Part shown: piece after piece, positions 22,194 to 31,355 of the stretch
How positions within the stretch are numbered: position 1 is the first letter of the stretch
Layout of the letters: every line of letters starts with the position of its first letter
Source of the DNA: Bradymonadia bacterium
Lineage (GTDB): Bacteria > Myxococcota_A > Bradymonadia > UBA7976 > UBA1532
DNA length: 64,000 nt
NCBI GenBank assembly: GCA_046290225.1
Contig: JBKAGE010000082.1
Coordinates: 96,001-160,000 of the forward strand
Direction of reading: 5' to 3'
Notes under the pieces: generated by a model
Told to the model about the DNA's origin: nothing
The model's input: only the letters and a program-made list of their open reading frames with translations
Databases searched by the model: none
Made by a program: the position numbers and the translations under genes

Positions 22194-22519
22194 CTTCGCT
22201 CGCAGATCAGTTTTCGGGCACGGGCACGGGCACGGGCACGGGCACGAGTTGATTCGGCCCTGGATTCATGGCCCTGGATGACTCTGCTCGCAGGCTCGTG
22301 GGGGTGGAGGCTGTACTCGGCCCTGCATGCTTCTCAGTACAGGTTTTGGTCCTCAATACGTTCCAATGACTGAACTCTCAGGGCGTTCTGAAGCGCATCA
22401 ACTCAGCCTCAATGATAACTGTCGCCCTGAGTCATGCCGGGCAACGGGTCAGAGTACGTATCAACTCGTGCCCGTGCCCGTGCCCGTGCCCGTGCCCGAA
22501 AACTGATCTGCGAGCGAAG
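22194..22519. repeat. Element bounded by perfect 60-bp inverted repeats (22194-22253 / 22460-22519), each containing (GGGCAC)5
   Basis: CTTCGCTCGCAGATCAGTTTTC(GGGCAC)5GAGTTGAT and its exact reverse complement, with a 206-bp spacer. Confidence 0.92.
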
Positions 22520-22552
22520 GCGCCAGCCGCAGCGAGAGCCACGTGGATGGCC

Positions 22553-24151
22553 CTACCCCAAGTAAGGCAATCGCTCCCCCAACCGCCCCCACGCCTGCGC
22601 GTACTGTGCTCGGGCGAACTCGCTGGCGAAGACCACTCCGTACCCTTCAGGCACCGCGCCATCGTAATCGCCATTGAGATCCCGGCTGTACTCCGCGTAC
22701 TCCGCCCGGGGTACCCCCATTGAGTCGAGCACCGTCGACAGCCACTGGTTGTAGTACAGGCCTGGGCGGTTGGGCTCGTCGAGGCCGCCGGGGTTCTCGC
22801 CTTCAGCGATGGGCCAGCCGACGCCCTGATTGCGATAGTCGATGTACTGCCCCGTGGGCATCGCGCCGCCAGCGCCGCCGGCCGTGACGATGGGGATGCC
22901 CATCGAGTCGTGGGTGTTCATGCCCGACTCCTGGGTCCAGGCGATGAGCGTGTGATCGAGCACATTGCCACCCGCGGGATCTTCGATGGCTGACAGCTTG
23001 CGGGCCAGATCGAGGAACACGTGTTCGAAGAAGCGCTGCTGGGCTTCTACGAGCAGGGGCTGGCGCTCTTGGGTGAGGCACTGGTGGGCCACGTCTTGAT
23101 GCCAGTCGCCCACGAAGTCGGAGAAGGTGGCGTAGGCCCCCATCACCGCGAGGCGGCTCACCCCACAGGCCAGGGCCGTGGCCACAACATCGTTGTGGTT
23201 TTGCCAGAAGCGCACCTGCCCCGCGGCGTCGCCGTCGGTGATCAGCTCACCGCTGCGACCAGGCTCGACGACCTCGCAGGCCACCTGAGCGGTGATGCGG
23301 CGCTCCAGCTCGAAGAGGCGATCCATGTGCTCGCTCAGGCGGCGGCGATCCGCGGCGCCGAGGCGGCGGTTGCTCTCCATGAGGCTGCGGTAGCTCTCCC
23401 GCACGCGATCCACCACCAACGGTCGGGGCGTGCTCGGATCCTCGTTCGGGCGGAACAGGCGGTTGAACAGCGCGATGTTGTTCTGCTCTGGCGAGAGGGG
23501 CTGCAAGCGGCCGCTGCGATCAGAGGGTCGGGACCAGTTCCACGAGATGCCCCGCTGACCCACCACAATGGTGCGCAGGCGGTTAGTGCTCAGATCGCCA
23601 TAGAACGAGGGGGACCACGCCATGACCTGATCGATGGTGGGTCGAGGGTGATTCCAGAGGAAGGCGCCCTCGCTGCCGTTGCCGTCGTTGGCGGCGAAGT
23701 TCCCCAGGTGGCCGCCGCGATGGTGGGCCAGGTAGTAGGGCACGTCGAGGCCGCGGATCACGTTGAGCTGCCTCACCATGGCCTCGTCGAGGGCCTCGGC
23801 AGAGGCTGAGAGGACCGGTGAGATCACCGACTGACCGCCTTGGGCATTCGCCCGCAACGCTCCGGCGCGGATGGTGTGGCCGGCGTACTCCATCTGCTGA
23901 TCGAGCAGCTGGGCGCCGGGGTACATGTTGACGCCCCAGATGCCCCCGTGGGGGGTGACGAAGGAGACAAAGCGCTTTGCGCCGCGCTCCATGTTCTGGG
24001 CCTGTGCGCTCTTGGGGAGCAGCGACGGCATGAAGGGGGTGGTCAGGGCGAAGCCCCCGAGGCCGCGGAGCAGCTGGCGCCGGTTCATGTGACTGGGGTT
24101 CATGTGGCTGGGGTTCATGTGGCTGGGATCCTTTTGACGCGACATGATCAC
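22553..24151 (-). CDS. DUF1552 domain protein (Tat-exported)
   Basis: NRRQLLRGLGG twin-arginine signal; PTIDQVMA; 'DRRRLSEHMDRLFELERRI'; 'NVLDHTL...H...PIVTAGGAGG'. Confidence 0.85.
   Translation of the reverse strand: MIMSRQKDPSHMNPSHMNPSHMNRRQLLRGLGGFALTTPFMPSLLPKSAQAQNMERGAKRFVSFVTPHGGIWGVNMYPGAQLLDQQMEYAGHTIRAGALRANAQGGQSVISPVLSASAEALDEAMVRQLNVIRGLDVPYYLAHHRGGHLGNFAANDGNGSEGAFLWNHPRPTIDQVMAWSPSFYGDLSTNRLRTIVVGQRGISWNWSRPSDRSGRLQPLSPEQNNIALFNRLFRPNEDPSTPRPLVVDRVRESYRSLMESNRRLGAADRRRLSEHMDRLFELERRITAQVACEVVEPGRSGELITDGDAAGQVRFWQNHNDVVATALACGVSRLAVMGAYATFSDFVGDWHQDVAHQCLTQERQPLLVEAQQRFFEHVFLDLARKLSAIEDPAGGNVLDHTLIAWTQESGMNTHDSMGIPIVTAGGAGGAMPTGQYIDYRNQGVGWPIAEGENPGGLDEPNRPGLYYNQWLSTVLDSMGVPRAEYAEYSRDLNGDYDGAVPEGYGVVFASEFARAQYAQAWGRLGERLPYLG
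24082..24126. repeat. Three tandem 15-bp repeats encoding (PSHMN)3
   Basis: GGTTCATGTG(A/G)CTGG x3 at 24082, 24097 and 24112. Confidence 0.85.
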
Positions 24152-26181
24152 TCCCCCTCGACGCAGGTGCGCAGGTGACGGAACTCGGGCGCCCGGGCGA
24201 GGGCGAGCAGCACCTCGTCCAGGGGGGCGCCCTCGAGCAGCTGACCGCTGAGGCCTTCGATGAGGGCACGATCAGAGCGGTGCTCCGGTCGGCCGAAGGT
24301 GAACCGGAAGTATTGTTGGGCGAAGCAGCGATGGGCCTCGCCGCTGTCGAGGATCAAGGCCGTGGTGTCGATGGCGTCGGCGGCGGGGGTGTCGTCGCCG
24401 ATGATGACCTGGGGCACCGTCCCGGTCTCGATGGGGCGGCGCCCGATCTCGTCCCCCCACTCACCGTAGAGACGCTGCTCGCTGCGCAGGCGGCCGAGGG
24501 CGTCGAAGTTCTCCGTGGTGAAGCCCAACGGGTTGATGAAGCTCACGTGGCAGCCGGCGCAGACCGACTCGGGCTGCTCGGTGAGCTCTTCGACCACCTC
24601 GCGGCTGGTCATCTCCCCCGAGAGCTCGGGCTCTTGCACCATGACGTTGGGCGGCGGCGGGGGCACCTCGCCACAGAGCACCGCCTCCCGCAGGCGCACC
24701 CCCTTCATGATGGGTCGAGTGTTTGCTGATCCCGAGGCCACGAGGGCCGCTCGGGTGATGAGGCCCGCACGCTCTCGCTCCGGCAGCGGCTGGGGCTCAC
24801 CGCCTCGCCACGCCGTGGTGTCATAGATGGCCGCCAGAGCATCGTCTCGGGCGAAGTTGAGGGTGCTGGTGAAGAGGGCGTCGAGGTTGCCCGGGGCGGT
24901 GATGGCGTAGTGCACCCCGAGGGATACCACCTCGTCGATCATGGCCTGGCGCAGATCGTTGTGCACCTCGATGCCCTCGGAGAAAGCGTCGAAGACCGGC
25001 GTACCCCGAAGCCGGGTCACGTCAGGCAGCTCGTCGAGGCGCAACCACTCGGCGAAGAAGGCCTCCATCGAACGATGCGTGCGGGCGTCGCGGTACACGC
25101 GATCGAGCTGGGCCTCGAAGCCCGCCTCGGTGAGCAGGCTGCCGTCCTCTGCGGCGTCGAGCAGGGCCTCGTCGGGCATGGACTGCCAGAAATGATACGA
25201 GAGCCTGCTGGCGAGCTCGTAGGCGTCGACGGCGTAGATGCCCAGCTCGGCGTCGATCACGCCTTCATCCCCGGGCAGGCCGTGCTCCACCTGATAGAGC
25301 AGTCGTGGAGACGAGAGCATGGTGCCAAAGAGCGTGCTCAAGCCCACCCGCTCCGGCCACCACCAGGCGTCGTCGGGGTTCTCGGGCTCGCCGGCCTCGG
25401 ATCGGGCGGCGCTGTAGACGTCGATGTAGAAGTCGAGCTCGGTGTCGCTGAGGGGTCGGCGATGAACCAGACGGCCGACGCGCTGCACCATGGGGGTGAT
25501 GCAGTCGAGGCCTTCGTCGAGTAGGTCGCAATCCTGCAGCACCCGGCTGGCCCACCATGGCTGAGACAGCTCGTTGCCGAGCACGGTGGCGATGCGCAGT
25601 GCCGTCTCGACGTGCTCCTCGTAGACAGCCTGGTCCAGCCGCCGGAAGCCTCCACGGATTTCGTCAGGAGCCCCCACAGGGGTGTCTTCGGGCATGGCCT
25701 CGTTCCACTCGAGCATCACCCACCAGAAGTGCTCGTTCTCGGCGGTTTCGCCCACGATCACCCCGAGCAGATCGTTGATGGTGTTGAGGTACTGCGCCCG
25801 GGTCAGACGGCGCAGCGGCTGACCTGGAGCGTCGCACTGCTCACCGGGCTCGCCGCCCATGCCACCGGCACCAGCCATCCCACCTGCGCCCGCATTGCCT
25901 CCAGCGCCACCTTCACCTGCAACACCTCCAGCACCGCCGGGTACGCCTCCGGCGCCGGCTATGCCGCCAGCGCCTCCGGGGTCGCCGCCCATGCCTCCTG
26001 CCCCGGCCACCCCGCCCGCGCCAGCGGACCCACCTGCTCCACCTTCAAAGGCACCTGCGCCGCCAGCATTGCCGCCCATCGGCCCGGCACCGCTCTCGGC
26101 CCCGTCGTCACACCCCGCGCTCCAGCACGCGAGGGCGAGGGAGATCAGCACGCTGATCGAATTGCAGGGGGGGTGACGCAT
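24148..26181 (-). CDS. DUF1592/DUF1588/DUF1595/DUF1587/DUF1585 multidomain lipoprotein
   Basis: Lipobox WSAGC; Gly/Ala linker; LRRLTRAQY; YELASRLSYHFWQSMPD; ERAGLIT; CAGCH; ENFDALGR. Confidence 0.88.
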   Translation of the reverse strand: MRHPPCNSISVLISLALACWSAGCDDGAESGAGPMGGNAGGAGAFEGGAGGSAGAGGVAGAGGMGGDPGGAGGIAGAGGVPGGAGGVAGEGGAGGNAGAGGMAGAGGMGGEPGEQCDAPGQPLRRLTRAQYLNTINDLLGVIVGETAENEHFWWVMLEWNEAMPEDTPVGAPDEIRGGFRRLDQAVYEEHVETALRIATVLGNELSQPWWASRVLQDCDLLDEGLDCITPMVQRVGRLVHRRPLSDTELDFYIDVYSAARSEAGEPENPDDAWWWPERVGLSTLFGTMLSSPRLLYQVEHGLPGDEGVIDAELGIYAVDAYELASRLSYHFWQSMPDEALLDAAEDGSLLTEAGFEAQLDRVYRDARTHRSMEAFFAEWLRLDELPDVTRLRGTPVFDAFSEGIEVHNDLRQAMIDEVVSLGVHYAITAPGNLDALFTSTLNFARDDALAAIYDTTAWRGGEPQPLPERERAGLITRAALVASGSANTRPIMKGVRLREAVLCGEVPPPPPNVMVQEPELSGEMTSREVVEELTEQPESVCAGCHVSFINPLGFTTENFDALGRLRSEQRLYGEWGDEIGRRPIETGTVPQVIIGDDTPAADAIDTTALILDSGEAHRCFAQQYFRFTFGRPEHRSDRALIEGLSGQLLEGAPLDEVLLALARAPEFRHLRTCVEGE

Positions 26182-26342
26182 CTCTTCCTCCAGAGCAAAC
26201 CGTGTCGATGGAGCCATCACGCAAACCGAATGCCAGAGCGAGCCTCGTGGCTGGACGACGCCATTGCAAGGCGCCCTACCCTTCTGGCCCTGAGACGTAA
26301 GCAGATGTCACATGAGATGTCCCATGGGACACCGTGGGTCGG

Positions 26343-28115
26343 TCACGGCAGCTCTTCGCTCAAGCCACCCTCTCGATCGGGGCCCTCAGTCACCGAAAGC
26401 CCTCCGAGTTGACGCTGGCGATGCCGCCACTGGATGGCGTCGATGGCCAGCTCCGCCCGCTTGCGCAGGGTGCGGTTCACGAACCACCCCTCCGCAGCCT
26501 GCCGCAGCGCCGGGATCGCCTGCTCAGTGCCCACTGACTCAAGGGCCTCTGCGGCCCGGAGCCTCACCTGCAGCGTCGGCGCGTCGAGCAGTCGACAGAG
26601 CGCCCGACTCACACGCTCGGGTGCTTCCGCGAGGATGATCTCTGCAGCAGCCTCGGCCGCATCGGGCACATCGAGGAGATCGACGAACCCCTCTCCGTGT
26701 GTGCTCATGCCCGCGGCGTAGATCGCCTGGGCGCTTCGAAGGCGGGCTTCACCGCTCCTGCCGTGGGCTGCCGCGATGAGACCCTCTCGGGCGACCTCTC
26801 CTGGCAGCGCCGCGACAATGGCGCCCACATGGGCACCAAACTCCGGGTCTGCGCCGAGCTCGAGCAGGCTCTGCAGCAGACGCTCAGCGCTCCGAGCGGT
26901 GCTCGCCTCGAGCAGGCGCGCCGTGGCGCGGCGTACCTCTACAACCTCGTGCTCGAGCAAAGTGTCGAAGGCCTGTGGCAACTCGGCGAGGGCTGGATCC
27001 ACCACGCGCCGCAGCCGCGCCGCAGAGACCGCCCGCTCTGGTCCCCCCTCGCGGATCAGCGTCCTGAGCACCTGCAACGCAGCGTCGAAATCAACCTGCA
27101 CCCAAATCGCCAGGGCCTCGTTTGCCAAAGCCTCGTCAGCGTGCTGCGCAAGGTGAGCGCACACCTCGGCCACGCTGTCGGGCTCGACCGCCAGGAGCTG
27201 CTTCGCGAGGTGCAACACCCGGCGTGGATCTTCCAGGGCAGCGAGGGCCTCGCCGAGGCGGCCCAAGGCCCGCTCGGAGCCATCCGCAGCCAGGGCTTCG
27301 GCCCCCTTGGCGAACCACCACCAGCAGGGCGACTCCAGCGCGCGAAACAGCGCATCTTCGTAGGCGAGAGACGGCAGCGCCTTGAGGGCCTCCAGATGAT
27401 CGTACACAGCGTCGGGAGACAGTGATTCACCGATGGCTGCGAGGGCCGCTCGGGCGAGAGCGAGAGCTTGCCGGGTCTCAGCCCGCTCCTCGGGGCTCAT
27501 CCGCTCGAACAAGATGTACCAGGGGCCGTGATGCCGCACGGGGTGCAACGCCGCCCAAACCTCGTCGGGCAGATGATGCAGGGCCCGGCAGCTGCTGCAT
27601 CGCGTGATGCGGGGCGTGGCGCCGTCGACCCGCTGGCCCACATCACAGGCAGGGCACCTGATCCAGATGGGCTCGGTCACACCTGCGGGGGTGTGCTCGC
27701 CGGTCCCGTCTACGCCGTCGACCCCATAGATCTGCACCGCATCTGGGACCTGGGCCTTGAGCCACTCCGGCGGAGGGCAGGTCTCGCTCTGGGCCCCGCA
27801 CTCGGTGCACACCACTGGCCGGTTCCGACCGATGTCCGCCGCCGAGAGGAGCAAATCGGATCCACATTGCCAGCACAGCGGCCACTGGCGACCGTAGATC
27901 ACCTCCAGACCTTCACGGCCTGCGGCTGCCGCGTGGCGTGTCGCACCTACGGGCAACGCGTCGAGCCCCTGAGCCAAATCGAGGGCGAGGCCTGTATAGA
28001 CCCCTTCGGGGATCGACACCGCGGCCCCGCAGTGCTCACACGTCACCTCGGGGGTGGGCCCCAACAGCCGCACCTGGCCAGAGCACTCAGGGCACTCCAG
28101 CGCCATGCGGATCAT
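26343..28115 (-). CDS. Zinc-ribbon + HEAT-repeat protein
   Basis: Six CxxC pairs in the N-terminal ~180 aa; VRRATAR / VRLRAAEAL HEAT-like repeats. Confidence 0.7.
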   Translation of the reverse strand: MIRMALECPECSGQVRLLGPTPEVTCEHCGAAVSIPEGVYTGLALDLAQGLDALPVGATRHAAAAGREGLEVIYGRQWPLCWQCGSDLLLSAADIGRNRPVVCTECGAQSETCPPPEWLKAQVPDAVQIYGVDGVDGTGEHTPAGVTEPIWIRCPACDVGQRVDGATPRITRCSSCRALHHLPDEVWAALHPVRHHGPWYILFERMSPEERAETRQALALARAALAAIGESLSPDAVYDHLEALKALPSLAYEDALFRALESPCWWWFAKGAEALAADGSERALGRLGEALAALEDPRRVLHLAKQLLAVEPDSVAEVCAHLAQHADEALANEALAIWVQVDFDAALQVLRTLIREGGPERAVSAARLRRVVDPALAELPQAFDTLLEHEVVEVRRATARLLEASTARSAERLLQSLLELGADPEFGAHVGAIVAALPGEVAREGLIAAAHGRSGEARLRSAQAIYAAGMSTHGEGFVDLLDVPDAAEAAAEIILAEAPERVSRALCRLLDAPTLQVRLRAAEALESVGTEQAIPALRQAAEGWFVNRTLRKRAELAIDAIQWRHRQRQLGGLSVTEGPDREGGLSEELP

Positions 28116-28131
28116 GCCCCAGCGGTGGTGC

Positions 28132-28989
28132 TCAGGTCGCATCAGCCTCGACGTCGTCCGGGATCTCTGCCTCAGCGACGCCCTCGTCTGCGTCACCTGC
28201 CACGCCCTCAGGCTCTGCTGTCAGTGCCGGCGTCTCAGCGCCCATCGGCGGGCCTTCGATGGCCCGCATCTCGGCATTGATCTCCGCCAGTACTCTGCGA
28301 GCCTCCAGCTGCTGTCGAGCGCGCTCCACCTCACCAGAGAGCTGCAACGCCTCAGTGCGGGTCCGGGCAGCCTCCAGGCGGGCGGTGATCTCCGTGAGCC
28401 CTTGGGCGTCACGGGCATCCTCGTCGCTGAACTGATCGAGGCCTGACTGGGCGAAGTGCTCCACGGCGATCTCGTCGATGCGAAACCCAAAGAGATCGCC
28501 ATCGACCCGCTCGAGGACGCGGGCGCTCAACCGTTCAGGCCCCTCAGCGAGCTCAGGGAACCCGCTCTCGACACAGGCGGTGATGAGCGCTTGTTGCAAC
28601 ACAGGGCTGAGCAGCTCGGAGACCGCCTCGGGATCGCTCACCCCACGAGGCCCCAGAGCCCTGGCTGCGGCGAGCACCCCTTCTCGGGTCGGGTCGACCC
28701 GCACGGTGCACGTGAGCACGATGTCGACGCGACAGCTGTCGGCGGTGATGAGGGCCGCTCTACGGCGACGGTCGAGGCGCAGATGTCGGGCGGTGAGATC
28801 GATGGTGGAGGTCTGATGCAACCCGGGCCAGACCAGCGCGCGCTCGAAGGCCACCTCGGTGGCGCCCCCGCGGGTGATGATCAGCGCACACCCCGGCGCG
28901 GGATGACGAAACAATCGCAACAATCGCCAGAGCTGAACGCTGACGACCCCTGCGAGCCAACCGAGCAAAATGTAAATCCAGGGGCTCAC
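28132..28989 (-). CDS. SPFH/Band-7 (flotillin, YqiK-like) membrane protein
   Basis: N-terminal TM; 'PGCALIIT', 'LITADSCRVDI', 'FGFRIDEIAVEHF', 'DAQGLTEIT'. Start uncertain (28989 or 29019). Confidence 0.65.
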   Translation of the reverse strand: MSPWIYILLGWLAGVVSVQLWRLLRLFRHPAPGCALIITRGGATEVAFERALVWPGLHQTSTIDLTARHLRLDRRRRAALITADSCRVDIVLTCTVRVDPTREGVLAAARALGPRGVSDPEAVSELLSPVLQQALITACVESGFPELAEGPERLSARVLERVDGDLFGFRIDEIAVEHFAQSGLDQFSDEDARDAQGLTEITARLEAARTRTEALQLSGEVERARQQLEARRVLAEINAEMRAIEGPPMGAETPALTAEPEGVAGDADEGVAEAEIPDDVEADAT

Positions 28990-29061
28990 GGCGCCCAGTG
29001 TGCTGCCCCCAGCCGCCAAGGTCCAGCGTCTATACTCTCAATGTGGCCTGTGCAGATTGCC

Positions 29062-29844
29062 TCAGCAGGCCGGGGCTTCGGCCCAATCGTTCACAGGGGG
29101 CAGCCCCAACGCTTCGAGGCGGGGCAGGATCACCGTGCGCACGGTGTCGTAGAACAACGCTTGCGCAGCCTCGCCGTCACACAGGCCCAGCATGTGGCCG
29201 TCAGTCAACGATGGTCCGGGCTGCAGGTGAGCCACCTCATAGGCTTCGAGATGTCGCAGTGCCATCGGCAGCCACTCACCGAGGCGAGCGCGGCTCTCAG
29301 CGGACATCCACGGCAGGTGCTCTGCGAGCCAGCGCCAGCCAAAGCGACCGTGGCCCACCTCATCGGAGAGGATGCGGGTGAGCAGCCGACGCAGAGGCCC
29401 CTCGGGCATACCCAGACGCTCCGCCGTGATGAGCGACACCGCCACCGTCTCGCTCAAGCAACACACGCTGATGATGTTCCGAGCCACCGCCTCGAGCGGA
29501 TCGAGACCGGCGTGGGCAGGCATCTCGTCTGCAGTGGGCAGCGGCTGATCACCGAGGGCTGCGCCGCCGAGGGCCTCCACCACCGCCCCGCACAAGACCC
29601 CGTGCTCGCGCTCTTCTTGAGCGAAGCCCTTCAGAATCTCCACATCGCTCGCCCGACCGCCTGCAGCTTCGAGCTGATCGGCGAGGCCCTCGAACACCGC
29701 GCAGGATCCGTACTCGTTCATCATGCGGCCGCGCCAGGTGGCGAGGGCCGCTCGCCGAAGTGCGGGCTGCAGATCTTCGAAGTCGAGGCCACAGTGGCGC
29801 GCAGTGGCTTGAGCAGGTGCGCGCAAGTCGAGGGTGATGTTCAT
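29062..29844 (-). CDS. Ferritin-like diiron-carboxylate protein
   Basis: NEY, EEREH, SETV and DEVGH give the E...ExxH...E...ExxH pattern; ATGA overlap with the upstream gene. Confidence 0.8.
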   Translation of the reverse strand: MNITLDLRAPAQATARHCGLDFEDLQPALRRAALATWRGRMMNEYGSCAVFEGLADQLEAAGGRASDVEILKGFAQEEREHGVLCGAVVEALGGAALGDQPLPTADEMPAHAGLDPLEAVARNIISVCCLSETVAVSLITAERLGMPEGPLRRLLTRILSDEVGHGRFGWRWLAEHLPWMSAESRARLGEWLPMALRHLEAYEVAHLQPGPSLTDGHMLGLCDGEAAQALFYDTVRTVILPRLEALGLPPVNDWAEAPAC

Positions 29845-30332
29845 GCGATCGTCTCCCACGTGTCCGAGGGGGGCATCGGGGGGCCCCACACGTCACAGGC
29901 CGGGGAAGGCCACCCCTCGCGCTCACAGCACTCGGTGAAGGCCTCCCAATCTTCGTCGATCAGGGCCCGACACCCCAGATCTGCGTCAGCGAGCTCTGCA
30001 TCCCGCAGCGCCTCACCCATGTCGGACACCTCGGCGTCGGCAGATGGCAAATCTGCGTCGGCCAGGCCCCAATCGGCGTCGTCGACACCGCCATCGTCGA
30101 GCCATTGTCGATCGATGGGCTCACTGTCGACCTCGGCCATCCCCCCCTCACCCGACTCGACCTCGCCCCCAGCACCACCCATCTCACTCTCCGGTGCTGG
30201 GGGCTCAGTCTCGGGATCCTCGATGCATCCACCGAGGCTCAACGCGCCGGCGAGCACGGGCAGGGTGAAGCTGATCTGGGCAGCGGCCTTCAAGGCCAGA
30301 CGATGACGCTCTGCGCGGCTCAAGGGCTCCAT
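29841..30332 (-). CDS. Small acidic lipoprotein with Cys/WGPP C-terminal motif
   Basis: Lipobox LSLGGC; acidic linker; C...CC...CDVWGPPMPP tail; GGAGAG RBS. Confidence 0.7.
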   Translation of the reverse strand: MEPLSRAERHRLALKAAAQISFTLPVLAGALSLGGCIEDPETEPPAPESEMGGAGGEVESGEGGMAEVDSEPIDRQWLDDGGVDDADWGLADADLPSADAEVSDMGEALRDAELADADLGCRALIDEDWEAFTECCEREGWPSPACDVWGPPMPPSDTWETIA

Positions 30333-30446
30333 GGGGCTCTCCATTCATCTGTGTATTGACACCATGACCGCGGTCCCGTCATCTGGTAAATCAGAACGTT
30401 CAAAACAGAATTACTCGACAATCACGAACAATCATTCGAGACGCCA

Positions 30447-31337
30447 ATGTGGCCTGATCCAGAGTCGCTTCGCTGCTTCCTCGAAGCCGCCAACCTGTTG
30501 AATTTTCGGGCAGCTTCGGGGCGAGTTCATCTCTCCCCTGCAGCCTTCAGCGAGCGAATCAAGGCCCTCGAAGGGCTGATCGGCGCCCCCCTTTTCACCC
30601 GCACCACCCGCTCCGTGAAGCTGACCGGCGCGGGTCAGCGCTTGATCCCCCTGGCCCGGGAAGCCCTCGCAGCAGGGCAACGCTGCCTCGAAGTGGGCCA
30701 GAGCGACGGCCCTGCCCCGGTGACCCTCACATTGGGCACCCGATACGAGCTGGGTATGAGCTGGCTCACGCCGTCGCTGTCTCAGCTGAGCACGGAAGCC
30801 CCCCACCGGCATCTGCACCTGATCTTTGGCGACACCCCCGCTCTGATGCGGGCGCTCCAACGCGGCGAAGCAGACGCCATCGTCACCAGCCACCGCCTGA
30901 GCCGCGGCGATCTGACGTATGTCTCGCTGCACCTCGAGCGTTACGTCTTCGTCGCCACACCCGAGTTGCTGAGCGCCCGGCCACTCACCTGCCCTGCAGA
31001 AGCTGAAGGCCACACCCTCCTGGACATCAGCCCGGACCTGCCACTGTTTCGATATTTTCTCGATGCCCGGCCGCCGGTAGAAGTCTGGGGCTTCACGGCG
31101 ATGTCGTACATGGGCACCATCGGCGCGGTGCGCGCTCGAATCCTCGAGCACTCGGGGGTCGCGGTGTTGCCACTCTATTTCGTCGAAGCCGACATCGATG
31201 CCGGACGCCTGACTCGTCTCTGCCCGGAGACGATGCTGCAACAAGACTATTTTCGACTGATTTGGCGCCGCGGCCACCGGGAGAGCGAGGCACTCACAGC
31301 CCTGGGCGAGCGCCTGAGCACGATGCCCCTCTGCTGA
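30447..31337 (+). CDS. LysR-family transcriptional regulator
   Basis: NFRAASGRVHLSPAAFSERIKALE...LFTRTTRSVKLTGAG HTH; 296 aa. Confidence 0.93.
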   Translation: MWPDPESLRCFLEAANLLNFRAASGRVHLSPAAFSERIKALEGLIGAPLFTRTTRSVKLTGAGQRLIPLAREALAAGQRCLEVGQSDGPAPVTLTLGTRYELGMSWLTPSLSQLSTEAPHRHLHLIFGDTPALMRALQRGEADAIVTSHRLSRGDLTYVSLHLERYVFVATPELLSARPLTCPAEAEGHTLLDISPDLPLFRYFLDARPPVEVWGFTAMSYMGTIGAVRARILEHSGVAVLPLYFVEADIDAGRLTRLCPETMLQQDYFRLIWRRGHRESEALTALGERLSTMPLC

Positions 31338-31355
31338 TCAGGCAGCGCAGCCCGC

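Noticed and set aside
22216..22497. ORFs encoding GHGHGH / CPCPCP / RARARA runs
   Set aside because: They are translations of the (GGGCAC)5 microsatellite within the inverted repeats; no coding signal.
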